The position numbers were made by a program, and so were the translations under genes. This document shows, in pieces, positions 49,187 to 62,149 of a stretch of 64,000 nt of DNA. The notes below the pieces were generated by a model. It was given only the letters and a program-made list of their open reading frames with translations. It did not search any database and was not told the DNA's origin. Position 1 is the first letter of the stretch. Each line of letters starts with the position of its first letter. Origin of the DNA: Catajapyx aquilonaris (Eukaryota); contig KZ538063.1 of assembly GCA_000934665.2 (NCBI GenBank), positions 1-64,000 of the forward strand, read 5' to 3'.

Positions 49187-52100
49187 ATGGAGCTTGTGTT
49201 CCTGAAGGTCCTGGTGCTAACCCTGTCTGGGATGCTGAGACTCTTCTTCAGCTTGATCCCGCTCAAGATCATCAAGAAGATGACCGTGTGGGGCAACGAC
49301 AAGGACAGTTCCGAGGAGGTGGTGAGGAGGCGAAAGAGGAGGGTGGACACTGTCATGGCCCTGGTCCTGTGCTTCGGAGGAGGGATCCTCCTGGCCACCT
49401 GCTTCATCCACATGCTTCCAGAGGTCAGGGAGTCTCTGGACTCCGCGCAGAGGAACGGCGCGTTGCCCCGCACGGAATTTCCGCTGGCGGAGCTCTTCCT
49501 CTGCTGCGGATTCTTCCTGGTCTACATCCTCGAGGAGGTGGTGCAGTGCGTGTTCTTCCCTAGTAGCTACAAATCAAGTAGTGATGGTGCCAAAGACGCG
49601 GTTCAGCCGCAGACGGACGCGGCGGCGGCCATCAGGATACCGCGCGCCAGCAGCAACGGCAACAACAACGAGTTGACGCCAGCGTACGACCATCCGGACG
49701 CCATGTTCTGGAGGAAGGACGCCTTGTCGTCCAAGGCAAGACCACTAATCATAAATCATAATATTGAATCGTAATTGGTTTGGGTCTGTGACTATTTATC
49801 AGGTCGCGGTGAGTCATCAGTAGTGTTCAGCAGGGTAACCTACATGGTTGCCTCCCCCACCCTAGGGTGAGGACGGCACTCATGTAGGTTACCCTGGTGT
49901 TCAGAGAGTGAGGGTTCGCCAACTATGTGAGGGATAGGGTACTGCGTCCACGGTCGGGGTTGGTTCATAACTGCTAAATTAACTGCTTAAAATAGCAGCT
50001 AATATTTTTGGCAATTGCTAAAGAAGCTGTCTAAAATCAGCTGAAACTTTTGATAACTACAAAAATAACTGTTTAAAATAGCAGCTAATATTTTTGGCAA
50101 CTGCTAAAGAAGCTGTCTAAAATCAGCTGAAACTTTGATAACTACAAAAATAACTTTTTAAGAGAAACAGCTAATATTGATAACTAAAATGAGCAGCCAA
50201 TACTTTTGGCAACTGCTAAAGTAGCTGCTTAAAGTAAGCAGCTATTACTTGATGACGACTGAAAGTAACTGTTTCAAATGAGCTGATAATACTTTTGACA
50301 ACTGTTAAAGTAGCAGATTAAAATATAAAAACCACGATAGCCACTAAAATAACCATTTAAAATAAGCAGCTAATACATGATTAACTACTAAAAGTACTGT
50401 AACGATGTGAAGTGAACAGATAATACTTTAGACAGATTAAAATAGGCTATAACTTTATGTCTAATAATATATCTATTTTAAAATGAGCAGCAGCTAATAC
50501 TCGATAACTACTAAAAGCAACCATTTAAAATAAATAGCAGATATTTTTGACAACTGCTAAAGTAGCTGATTAAAAGATAAAAACCATGGTAGCTACTAAA
50601 ATAACGATTTCAAATAAGCAGCTAATACCTGACAACTACTAAAAGTACCGTAACTGTATAAAGTGAACAGCTAATACTTTCGACATATTCGATTAAAATT
50701 AGCTATAACTCTATGGCTAACAATATATATATATATATTTTAAATGAGCTCCTAATCTTTGATGTAACTACTAAAAGCAACCGTTTAAAATGAACAGCCA
50801 ATACTTTTGATGGCAGCTAAAGTAGCTATTTTAAATGATCAGCTAATACAGGGTGGTCCAAGTTCAAGTGTCGTTTTATAACGGCGATTAATAAAAGCGC
50901 TTAACGATGACGTAGCAGCGACGTGTAAAATTGCCCACTTCGATTGCGCCGAAGTGGGACATTTTACGCGTCGCTGCTACGTCATCGCAAAATCACTGCT
51001 ATTAATCGCCGTTATAAAACGACACTTGAACTTGGACCACCCTGTATTTGATAACTACTAACGGTAACCATTTGAAAATGAACAGCCAATACTTTTTGAT
51101 GGCGGCTAGAATAGCTATAGTTTTACAGTGCCAACCACTAGTGGAAGCGCAGCATTCTTTACCTTATATTCCTTCCTGCTCTTGACCAAGGTGAGACCTG
51201 CGGTGTCGCAAGTTCATCTTCTGGCGTCCAGCTTCTCACTGAACGGAGGCGACAAGACCGCGTCGGTGCCGGACCTGTCTCCGGTTCCGAACGGCCACAG
51301 CCACGAGCCTCCGAGCCAGCACAGCCACGAGCACGGCCACGGCAATGGCCACGGCCACAGCCACAACTTCAGCCTTGAGGACCTGAAGAACAAGTCGGCC
51401 ATCGCTGCCTTGAGGAACTTCCTCTTCGTCCTGGCCATCTCTTTTCATTCCATATTCGAGGGCATGGCCATTGGACTTCAGATGAACGAGAGGGACGTGT
51501 GGTTCCTCTTCGTCGCCGTCTCCATACACGACTGCGCAATCCTCTTCTGCATCGGGATGGAGATGGCCTCTTCCGGCACCAGGTTAGTACAACCACTACA
51601 ACCCAGCGGTTCCCAAACCTATGGGAGGGGTCGCCAAGCCTTTTCCGACCACGGCCGTCCCCATCAGGCTAGGGTGGGAGTTGCGGAGGGCTGACCTACC
51701 CTAACCATTATAGGAAACATTTACACATTATCGAGAATAACTGGACCAGGTCCACATATATAGGCACGAAAACAGCTTCTTGCCCTAAACTGTCATGGCG
51801 CCGGCTCTCCAACTTCCGGTTACTAGAGTCAACAATCCTTTGGATTTCTGAATAGCCTTGGACCTGCAAGTACCGGTACATGTTGTAATTGCATGGCCTT
51901 AGACAAAAAATTTTTACGGAAATGTTTAGTTCCGGATTAGACGGGAATCGGAAATTTGCAACTTTTTCTTTTGATTACATTTTCAGCAATAATTACAGTT
52001 AAGCTCTCTCTCTCTCTCTGTGTGTTTTTGTCGTATACCCTCCCCCGTAACAAACCTTCGTAATTTTACGACGCGTGGTATCAGCACTTGTGTTTTTTTC

Positions 52101-55100
52101 CACATCGACTCCGTTTCAAGATTACGCAAAGAGATGGAGGAGAGCAAAAGAGCTGCATTCCTGCTTTGCTTATTGCGAAAAAAAAATTGCAAAGTTTTGC
52201 TACAGTATATTTTTTTTGCCCAACGGCGGAGAAAGTAATAACAAAAATTGCAAAAATGAGCTCGCATATTAGTCAAGGAAAAAAAAAAAACATTGGGATT
52301 CCCTATAATACGGTTCCAGTTCAGTTACAACTTTTTACACCAATATTAAGCAGCTACTTTCTAACAGCTATTTATGAGCTTACGCAAACATTAGCTTCGC
52401 TCTTGCACTCTGGTACTGTACTGTAGAAAATTTATTTAAAAACCATGTAATGTTGGCATCCCTGTTCGCTTGTGTCACGCGACCAGCAGGCGTACATCTT
52501 CAAGTAAGAAGGCCTCCATCTATTTAGTAATGTAATTCAGCAATTTAACTCCAGCCTCAAGCTATTAAAAGCCATTAAGTCTGATCAATTAGCTACTTAA
52601 CCATTCAATTCAAACTCCCCCAGCGTTAATTTAGCTCATAAATGTAGCCATTTATTAATTAGAGCCATAAACTATTACATCTAACTATTATATTTGAGCA
52701 ACTGGTTATTTAACCATTAACTCAAGCCATAAGCTATTAATTTATGTAATATATCTAACTATTATATTTGAGCAACTGGTTATTTAACCATTAATTCAAG
52801 CCATAAGCTATTAATGTATGTAATATATCTAACTATTATATTTGAGCAACTGGTTATTTAACTATTATATTTGAGCAACTGGTTATTCAACCATTAATTC
52901 AAGCCATAAGCTATTAATTTATGTAATATATCTAACTATTATATTTGAGCAACTGGTTATTTAACATATTTGAGCAACTGGTTATTCAACCATTAATTCA
53001 AGCCATAAGCTATTAGTTTATGTAATATATGTAACTATTATATTTGAGCAACTGGTTATTTAACTATTAATTCAAACCATAAGCTGTTAATTTAGGTAAT
53101 AAATTTAGCTATTTAATTCGAGTCATTGTCTATTTAAAACGTTAGGCTATAAAATTCGGAGATTAGGATATTTGAACCTGTAGCTAATTTAGCTTTTAAT
53201 TTAGCTGTGAGATCAATAGTCATTAGCCATTTAACCATTTAATTCAAGCCTTAAACTATTAATTTAGCTATATAGTAAACTGAGTAATTTATTTCGATAA
53301 CTCAACTATTATTAAATCAGTGTATTAAATTTAGATATTAATTTGAGCTTTCAGCTATTATCTTAGCGGAATAATTAATTTCGAAACCTCAACTATTAAA
53401 TCAGTATTAAAGTAAGATATCAATTTGAGCCTTCAGCTATTTAGCTAGTTATGATATTTAAACTGATCAACATTCACGTGTGATTGTAGTGATTTTTTTG
53501 CTGCTATTTTCAAACTGGTTGCTAGGATAAACAATCCCAGATTTTTTCCACACCGCCATCTCAGGCCCGGGGGCAAGTGTGCCAGTCTATTGCGTGCTGT
53601 GCGCAAATATAGCCTCGACGTGTAAATAAACTATAATATCCTCGTTGTGGTGGTAGTAGGACGAGGTCGTAGTAGCCAATAAAAATGAAGGAGAAGAAAA
53701 GAAAGAGGGAGGGGGAAAAAACCCCCCACCATTTGTAACAGGTGATCGATAGCTATTAAAAATGGTCAGGGTATCGGCTCACATGTGCAATGGGAATGTA
53801 GGTTACGTGTCTGCTGACACTTTTATAGAGCCGTCAAATATATATATCAATGGCTTGGATTTGATGTATGGAGGAGGAGGAGGGTAATGTTCGTGCACTC
53901 TTGTTATATACATAGTACTACACACAGGCATACAATGATGTGGATGCGTGTCGCTAATGGTGGATTTTCCGGGACTCCAAAATGTGGGATTTACGGAGAT
54001 TAGGAGGGATTTCCGTGATCTTAGGTCATGGTCAGAGCAGGTGCACAAGAGTTTGTTTCATACCTTTAAAAAAAAAAATTAAAACCCCGGCGGCCGTTAT
54101 AGTCGTGCAGCTATAGAACCTGGAGGATCATCCGGGATTCACTTAACGGGGTAATCTTCTCCCGGTTGATTGATCCCGGTTTACAGTTAAGGTTCATAAG
54201 TCCACAGTGCGAGTATACACCGAACAATGACACATGTCCCTAGCTGAACGACAGCTCAGGAAGCACAGGGATAATTACGCTAATTAAATTCGCATAACCG
54301 TTTTGTCAGGTTGTCGACAACATCCGCGGATTGTTCTCTCTAACCACGTTTTATAAATATTTAATTTCATTATTTGTTATAGACTATTATATACATATAC
54401 AGTGAACCAGTTGCTAAAATCTGGCAACACTGCCCGACCCTCCCCCACTTGGACGTAGTACGATAACGATATGCCACTAACAATACGCCTATAGCCAAGT
54501 ACATAAATGATCAGCACCTGTTATTATTTTAAATTATTTTATCAGCGATTATATTTTAAGCATTGATATTAGTTATTACACTATCTGATATATTTGAGTA
54601 ATATATTATATTAGCTAATAAATTTTAGTTATTATACTAGTATCTGATATATTTGAGTAATTATATTAGGTAATCAATTTTAGTAATTATTTTGGCTGAT
54701 ATATTTAGCTTCCATATTAGCTGATACATCTCAGTCAGTTAATCTTAGTTATTATTTGAGCTATTATATTTTAAGAAATACCGTATATTAGTTATGATAT
54801 TAATTATACTAGTTATAATTTTAATTTGCATAATAATTAGTTAGCGTGTCATCGTTATTTACCTTTTATTATCTTTCAAGCGTGGTTCTATATAGGGTCA
54901 ACAATCCTCGACTCCCATGTATGATGTGAAGTTATTCCAGGGCAACGACAAAGTACTTCCGCGGCTACATACTGCCAGCGTGTGCATTTGCACACACATG
55001 CAGGTTGCGAATTTGCATTGCAAAACTCTCCCATCCTTGCTCCCATCTCTCCCTCTCCCCGCCCTAACTTGTTTTTTTATTTCATGATTCGCGAACCCGG

Positions 55101-56080
55101 GTGGGGAATGACCTGTCAAGAACTTTTTTTTTTGAGATGATGCGAAATCAATATACCGGACTTATCGGGTATAAAGTTTGAGCTTGAAAGGGTGACGTCA
55201 CAAGGGCGTCATTAGCGCTCAAAAAAATTATATATGTATTTTTTTTCCACTTCCAGCCGATCTCAGCTGGGCGAATTAATTGCAGGAAACTGGCAGATCG
55301 CGTGATCGGGGTCAATTGACCCAAAAATACATTCAAGCGATGGGATGTTAAAGGGCGCCGTGACCTTAGCCACTACGATGTAACATGTCGCAAAGTAGAC
55401 TCAGATATCTTTTAAAGTGTAGTCCACGTACGTGTAGTACTACATCCCTCACATAGGTGGCGCATCCTCATTCTCGGCACACTACGCCACTCTGACACTC
55501 CTACCCCAGCCTTATGTAGTTCCCCGTGCGCTTACTAGCTGTTATACCCCAACTTGACCTACGGAGTGAGGGGCTCTCCCTCAATCCTAGCCTCATTGGC
55601 TCGCTCATTGCATTGGTATACTGTACCCTTAGAGAAGTGGGTTTCCGCTTTGGCGCAGGTGTAGACCCCCAACCCTGGTGGGCGATTCTGTCGGTCTTAT
55701 AATATCGATACGAAAAGGCAAAATCGTCCACCAGGATCGCCACCCAATTGGGGACTACCATATCCCACCCAGGACAGAGTCACAGACTTAAGCCAATTAT
55801 ATTTGCAGGCTCCTCCACCTGGTTATGTACGTGATCACCCTGGCGCTAGTGTCGCCGCTGGGCGTGGCCATTGGCATTCTGGTGACCGAGAATGTGGCGC
55901 CACAATCGGCGGTCCAGACCTTGGTCCTAGCGGTCCTCCAGGGTCTGGCTGGAGGGACCATCCTGTACGTGACCTTCTTCGAGGTGCTGGCAGAGGACAA
56001 GAGGAAAGGTGACGCCAGTTGGCTACACTTGCTCTTCGTGCTCGTCGGGTTCGTCGGGATGACAGCACTCGAAGCCATAG
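49187..56080 (+). CDS. ZIP (SLC39, ZIP1/2/3-type) zinc transporter; terminal exon not found. Exons 49187-49735, 51191-51582, 55809-56080
   Basis: CFGGGILLATCFIHMLPEVRE, FPLAELFLCCGFFLVYILEE, His-rich loop HSHEHGHGNGHGHSH, AISFHSIFEGMAIGL, VSIH, VSPLGVAIG, LQGLAGGTILYVTFFEVL; a GTAAGT donor follows at 56081. Confidence 0.93.
50849..51044. mobile_element. Tc1/mariner-type palindromic MITE (family B)
   Basis: TA|CAGGGTGGTCCAAG...CTTGGACCACCCTG|TA, inserted in an AT-rich intronic repeat array (~49960-51120). Confidence 0.9.
52670..53100. repeat. ~70-bp intronic tandem repeat
   Basis: Repeated AACTATTATATTTGAGCAACTGGTTATTTAACCATTAATTCAAGCCATAAGCTATTAATTTATGTAATATATCT with partial units. Confidence 0.9.
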
Positions 56081-56484
56081 GTAAGTCAGCGCTACAGTTA
56101 TCGTGACTTGCCCTCCCTCACCTGCTGGGAGAGCCAGAGGTCATTTCTTCTTAAGTTACGTCAACGCCCGTCTTAAAACTTCTGGCCCGATGTGACAGTG
56201 TTGCTGTGATCAATCGCCGACGTCACGCATACCGGTTGTTGCATGCCTGCGCCCCCCTTGACCTTGCGCAAAACCTTACCGTGACCGAGTGTCCCCATCC
56301 CTTAAAAACACGCCGCCAAAATATTTGCACAATCATTTCTCTCGATATATACGTCAAGTCTTCTGTAACAACGCCATGTCCCAAACGACAAATAAATGCC
56401 TGCCTTCCGTAGCAGCTTTTCAAAAATATTTCTCGATAATAATAAAAATAAAAACAATATATAATAATAATATAATAATAATTC

Positions 56485-56745
56485 ATACCCCGTTATCAGC
56501 CATCGGCTCTTTAGGGGGGGGGGGGTTTGTTTTGCCTGGAACTCTTTGCTTTCATTTTTACTGCACTCTTTGGGATAGGATAGGGATGGAAGGAAGCGGC
56601 TGTGGCCTATTAATTACGGAAACAACTCCGGAATTTTTCTGGAAGGACCGTGGCAAACCACAGAGTTGCCAGTCCCGGGATTTGATCCCAGGACCTTCCG
56701 ATTAGCAGTCGGACACCATATTCCCTCCTCCAAACTGCTTCGGTA
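56485..56745 (-). mobile_element. tRNA-derived SINE (antisense)
   Basis: The minus strand has a B-box-like GGATCAAATCCC and a body GTGGTTTGCCACGGTCCTTCCAG...AATAGGCCACAGCCGCTTCCTTCC resembling, from memory, the conserved body of insect tRNA-SINEs; A/T-rich tail at ~56435-56484. Confidence 0.6.
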
Positions 56746-58579
56746 ATATTAAAACAACATCATTGTTCTATGAAATAATCGTGGCATTAATTAGTAACGA
56801 ATAATTCATTAATTGTATTATTATTATTATTACTACCAAGTACAAGTATATACGTCACAGTGTCGGTCGATTCCAAGAAAAAAGCCGATCAGCGAAGCGT
56901 GCGGTTCAGATACAACTTTTGAAAGGGTGCTAAACGGAGCAATAAGTTAACCCTCAAACAACAATAGGGGGTATAGTGTTACATGCACCAATTGAAGAGA
57001 TAAAGTTTGATAGCTGTACCGACCGCCAGATATTATACAACTTTTATTTCTGAGCAATGAGGTCGCGAGACGTCAGCAAAAAACACGATTTTTGCAAAAA
57101 AAAAAAAAAACTAGCAGGAAATCTGTGCAAAATAAGTGACCTTCTCTCATCCCCCCCTCNCCCCCTGCGAAGGGACCGTGGGAACTATGGTCAGATGCTC
57201 GAGTGAAAGTGAAATCCTTACGACATACACCGGTACCGACTTTTTAAAAAAGCAAAACCCGTGCAATCGTGAGTTACAAAGTGGTTCGCTAAAAATCGGA
57301 GCAAATTCCGGGAAAAAGTTAGCAAAAACTGTCTATGTAGTACCATATCCCTCACACAAATGGCTAATCCTACCTATCTGCACACTACCGCCACTCTCAG
57401 GGATGTACGAGAGATATATGATACTACATGCACCTAGCTGAGCAGATTTGTGCCGGCGCAGGCCAACGAACGTTATTGTGGCTTTGCCAACCCTAGTGAC
57501 GTACCCGAGCGGCCCTGTTTGTTGCCATGTTTCTCTAAAGAGTAGGAAACTGTCTGTGCATTTTATTATTCATCGCGCTTTTTTTTTTTGCGAGCAAATC
57601 CCACGCTTGCATCAGACACGTGCAAATTTTTAGTCAGAAGTCATGCAAATGCAACCGGCCGATTCTGGGTATAAAAAGCAATACCTGTAATTATAAAATT
57701 TTGGTCACGATACGCTCGCAAAAAAAAAAAAAAAAAAAAGGCTGAGAGTGAGAGTGATTCTTTTTGCGTGGGTTTAAAAACCGCATAAATGACGGTCTTA
57801 CTGGAATTGAAACTGGCGGATTACAAAACAGCAGATTAACGTCGGATTAATAAATGAGAAATGGTTTAAGTACTTAATGAATGAACTTTGGCAATTCCAT
57901 TAAAATGTGAGAGAAATATCGATATTATTGGCAGAATGCAGATGCGGCTTTTTTGCTGCTCACTGCCGTATCTTTGCATCGTTTCAACATGCGGTTTTAG
58001 CGCAGGCAACAATTTACAGTTGAAAAGCCTCCGTACATGCGTGCAGTGTACAGAGTGAGCTACATTTGAATGGGAGGTTCATCGCAAGGAATTTCAATGA
58101 GTTCTCCCCTAGGCCATTAGGTGCATTGACTAGAGCGCCCCAGCCGCTATAAACCGGCTACAAGGCCACGTAATTGGATTGCAATCCAGGTATACAGGCT
58201 GCCTTTTTTTTTTTTTTGTTAAACGGCCTGTATTTTTCCGTTTCTTTTTTGATCTTGTTGTTGTTAAAATCGCTCCCGGGCTCCGCGTTTAAACGTGGTG
58301 TGTCATGCAGAATGTTGAAGGACAAGGAGTCATCCACTCCTGGTGAACTAGATGATGATGGCCTCGGCTTACCTGATAGCCATCTTCGGTCAGAACAATG
58401 ACCAGAAAAAGGGTGTGGTCAAGGTGTGTGTACAGTACACAATCAACCCACGCATTCTTGGCAGATGAGAAAAGGTGCTAGGAAAGAGCTGATGTGAAGT
58501 TCGTTTTGCTGAAGTTAGTCTACGATTTTATTTGTAATTTTTTAGTCATTTTTATGACCACTAACAGTAATGCCGCCGA

Positions 58580-59125
58580 AATATATCGATATATCTCGAT
58601 GTACCCACATATCGATACCACATGATGTACAATTGTGTATCGATTTATTGTGATCTACCCAAATATATCGATAATGCGATGTGCACGTACATCGATATGT
58701 ATCAATATATCATAATAAATTTACCCAGGTATATCGATCTATCTCGATGTACCCACATATCGATCTATCTCGACGTACCCACATATCGATCTATCTCGAC
58801 GTACCCACATATCGATATCCCATGATGTATAACTGTGTATCGATATATCTCGGTGTACCCACATATCGATATCCCATGATGTATAACTGTATCGATATAT
58901 CTCGATGTACCCAAATATATCGATAATGCGATATACACGTATATCGATATATCGCAATGTATCAATATATCGATATAGTAAATTTACCTGTGTATATCGA
59001 TACTGCGAACAATGAAAGGAATGAACAAGTGTATATAGAAGTATCGTGATCTACCCAAATATATCGATATTGTGATGCATCATGTATCGATATATCGCGA
59101 TGTATTTATATTGATCCTATCGATA
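58580..59125. repeat. ATCGAT-rich minisatellite
   Basis: Units such as GTACCCACATATCGATCTATCTCGAC and longer variants; about 14 perfect TATCGATA octamers by my count. Confidence 0.9.
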
Positions 59126-60184
59126 TTCTTGGGCCCTGCCCTGAGCCACGTGATTGGTTGATGACGTCAAAGACCATCCTTATAGCTCCTCCAATTTCTC
59201 CGGACAGACAGACTTTGCACTTGATATGTATATATAGATTTTGAAAAAAGCCAGGCTCCACTCCAGGCAACGTTGCCACAGCGTTGCCAAAAGATTTGGG
59301 TTCAAAATGGGCACAACGACCTGCGGTATTTTGCGACGTAATTTGGACGCCTCTTTTGCAAACTTTTTTTTGCACAAAATTTGCATAAGTGCACGCGATA
59401 AGCTTTTTAAAAAATTCCTGCGTCTCATTTTCCTAGGTTCGTAAACACAAGAGGTTTGAAACTCTGTTTGCTACCAATGTATTCTATCTGTACCTGGAGA
59501 CGAGCCAGTGTTATTCCTGATTACCTATTCCCAAGGGCAGGCAACACTCTTTTAGGTTCATTTGCATCCTGCCCATTTCGTGACTGCAATGGACAGGTAC
59601 TCAACAGAAAGGTCTTGGGATAAGGATCGGGAGGGAAGGCGGGGCACCTTGCTATAGACTGGGGAGTTGAATAGATTTAGACCCGTTTTAAAAATATACA
59701 CTAAGTATAGTGACCAGGGGCTTAGACAAGAAGGGGTCAACTTGCAGAATGTAATGCCGGGCAGGCAGACGACAGACGCCAACCTTGGGGGGGGGGGGGG
59801 NNNNNGACAGACGACGATCCCTTGTCGGACCAATGTTGCTATTGTTTATTGTTGTTGTTGGAATGCCCCGCTGGGCAAGTCCAAGTCGTTTCCCGATTCA
59901 ATTTGCGATTTTTGGCACTCAGGTTCTTCTAAAAATAACTAATAAAATAAATACCGAATAAGTAATCAACAAAATAAACAGCTAATGAAATATCTAACAA
60001 AATGCTAGACAATAATAAAAAACAAAATAACAAAGTACTAACTAACAAAATGATACATAATAAATAACTAACAAAATGATAGATATTAAATAACAAAATG
60101 ATAGATAATAAATAACAAAATGATAGATAATAAATAACAAATTGATAGATAATAATAAAAATAAAATAATGAAGTAACTAATAC

Positions 60185-60345
60185 AAAATAACTAACAAAG
60201 TAACTAAAACAAAATAACTAACAAAGTAACTAAAACAAAATAACTAACAAAGTAACTAAAACAAAATAACTAACAAAGTAACTAAAACAAAATAACTAAC
60301 AAAGTAACTAAAACAAAATAACTAACAAAGTAACAAAATAACTAA
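60185..60345. repeat. 26-bp tandem repeat (AACTAACAAAGTAACTAAAACAAAAT)
   Basis: About 5-6 near-perfect copies within an A-rich tract. Confidence 0.9.
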
Positions 60346-61942
60346 CAAACAAAACAACGAATAAAATCAATAATTAATAACTAATAAAATAAGTAACAAT
60401 TAATACCTAACGAAATAAATAACTCAAAATGATAGTTAACAAGTCAATAACCCATCAAATAAATAACTAAGTGATAACTAATAGCTAATAAATTATTAGC
60501 AACACACAATCAGTAGCTAATAACACCACAACTAATAGATGGCCACTAATATATCTAATATTAACCCTAGGAAAATGTGATAACTATCATGGTTAATACT
60601 AATACCAGAGGAACTAAAATGAAATATAATTATGGTTATTATAAGTAAATTATGATTGTTAAAATAATCAAGGGTTGGTGACTGATTTTCGCACATGCCC
60701 CTTTCCCCCCCATGTCACGGGCAGTCACGCTGGGCAGGACCCTTCCAAAAAAATTGCCTGAACGGAGGTCAGGTATCTAGTCATAAAACATGGCTGGAAA
60801 AACCGGGACGCTATATATATATATATATTTTTTTTTGTTCAAATATTGGAGGGCAGTATAAGAGCCGGGGTGGGTTTTTATTATTCTGGTCAACCCCTCC
60901 CCATCAGATAGCGATCAAAGAACCATTTTATAGTACTCCCGATTTTTATTGCTGCCATTACCCAGCAGTGCGGATTCCCCTGAATTTATCGAGTTGTCGC
61001 CAAACAGTCCGTATGTGCCATGCGTCACAACCGCCAATTGTATATAATTTACGGCTGTTTGTGTACTCATTCTTGTAAACACGAGGGCGGATTTCATACC
61101 CATTTTATGCCCATCTTTCTTTCCACGCAGTTGACACACGTGACAATTTTTTAACCCGCTCTATTGATCCATGATTGCTCGATATGGTTGATAAATACCT
61201 GGAAATCTCTTCTGTTTTTTGTGTGTGTACAATGTGTATCAGACCTTGAAGGGGTGACGTGTGACACGCAAAATTGTTTGGACGCCCGCGACGCCATGGG
61301 ACGATCAACATTCCTTTTTTTTTGCACACATAAATGATTGAATTTCCTTGACCGTGACGACCACAATCCTCTTGTTGATTTTCTCGGTGGTAATAATGGG
61401 TAGATCTTACACGATTCCGGAAATACACGGATCACGACAACCGGCCGCAAGACCTGCTGCTGCTGCCTTTTGGTAATTGCGCACTTTCACACCGAGAGGA
61501 GGACCAATTACTCCGCCTTAGAAATGCTTCTTGCCGCCTCTATGGACAGAGAGACTTTTTTTTTTCCTTCTTGCGGTTGGAAATGAAGGTATCAAAAATA
61601 TAATGGAGAGATAAATTTTTTTAAAAGAGACTGCAGGGGGAGGCCAAGTGAGGAGATTGACGCAACAAGGCCGCAGCATTGGACACTTCACACACAGGCT
61701 ACAGTACTGTACAAAATAATAAAAAAATGGTGTAAGAAGGTCTCGAGAGAAAGCTTTTTCGAAGCCTTGAACCAGGCAGCAAATATTTTTGAATACGAAC
61801 TTCGGTTTATCTTCTATTTTGGTTATGCTGTAATTACTGGTATTTTGTGTGAGTCTAACGTATACTATTACTGCATACTATAACATCATTTAATATATTT
61901 CACTTGTTATATATTATTAATTAATTAATTGGTTTAAATATA

Positions 61943-62149
61943 CAGGGTGGTCCAAGTTCAAGTGTCGTTTTATAACGGCGATTAATAGAACCGCTTAACG
62001 ATGACGTAGCAGCGACGTGTAAAATCGCCCACTTCGATTGCGCCGAAGATGCGCCAAAGTGGGACATTTTACGCGTCGCTGCTACGTCATCGCAAAATCA
62101 CTGCTATTAATCGCCGTTATAAAACGACACTTGAACTTGGACCACCCTG
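61943..62149. mobile_element. Tc1/mariner-type palindromic MITE (family B)
   Basis: TA-flanked; near-identical to 42287-42493. Confidence 0.9.

Noticed and set aside
56640..56745. tRNA gene
   Set aside because: Only a degenerate B-box-like head attached to a SINE-type body; no cloverleaf could be folded.
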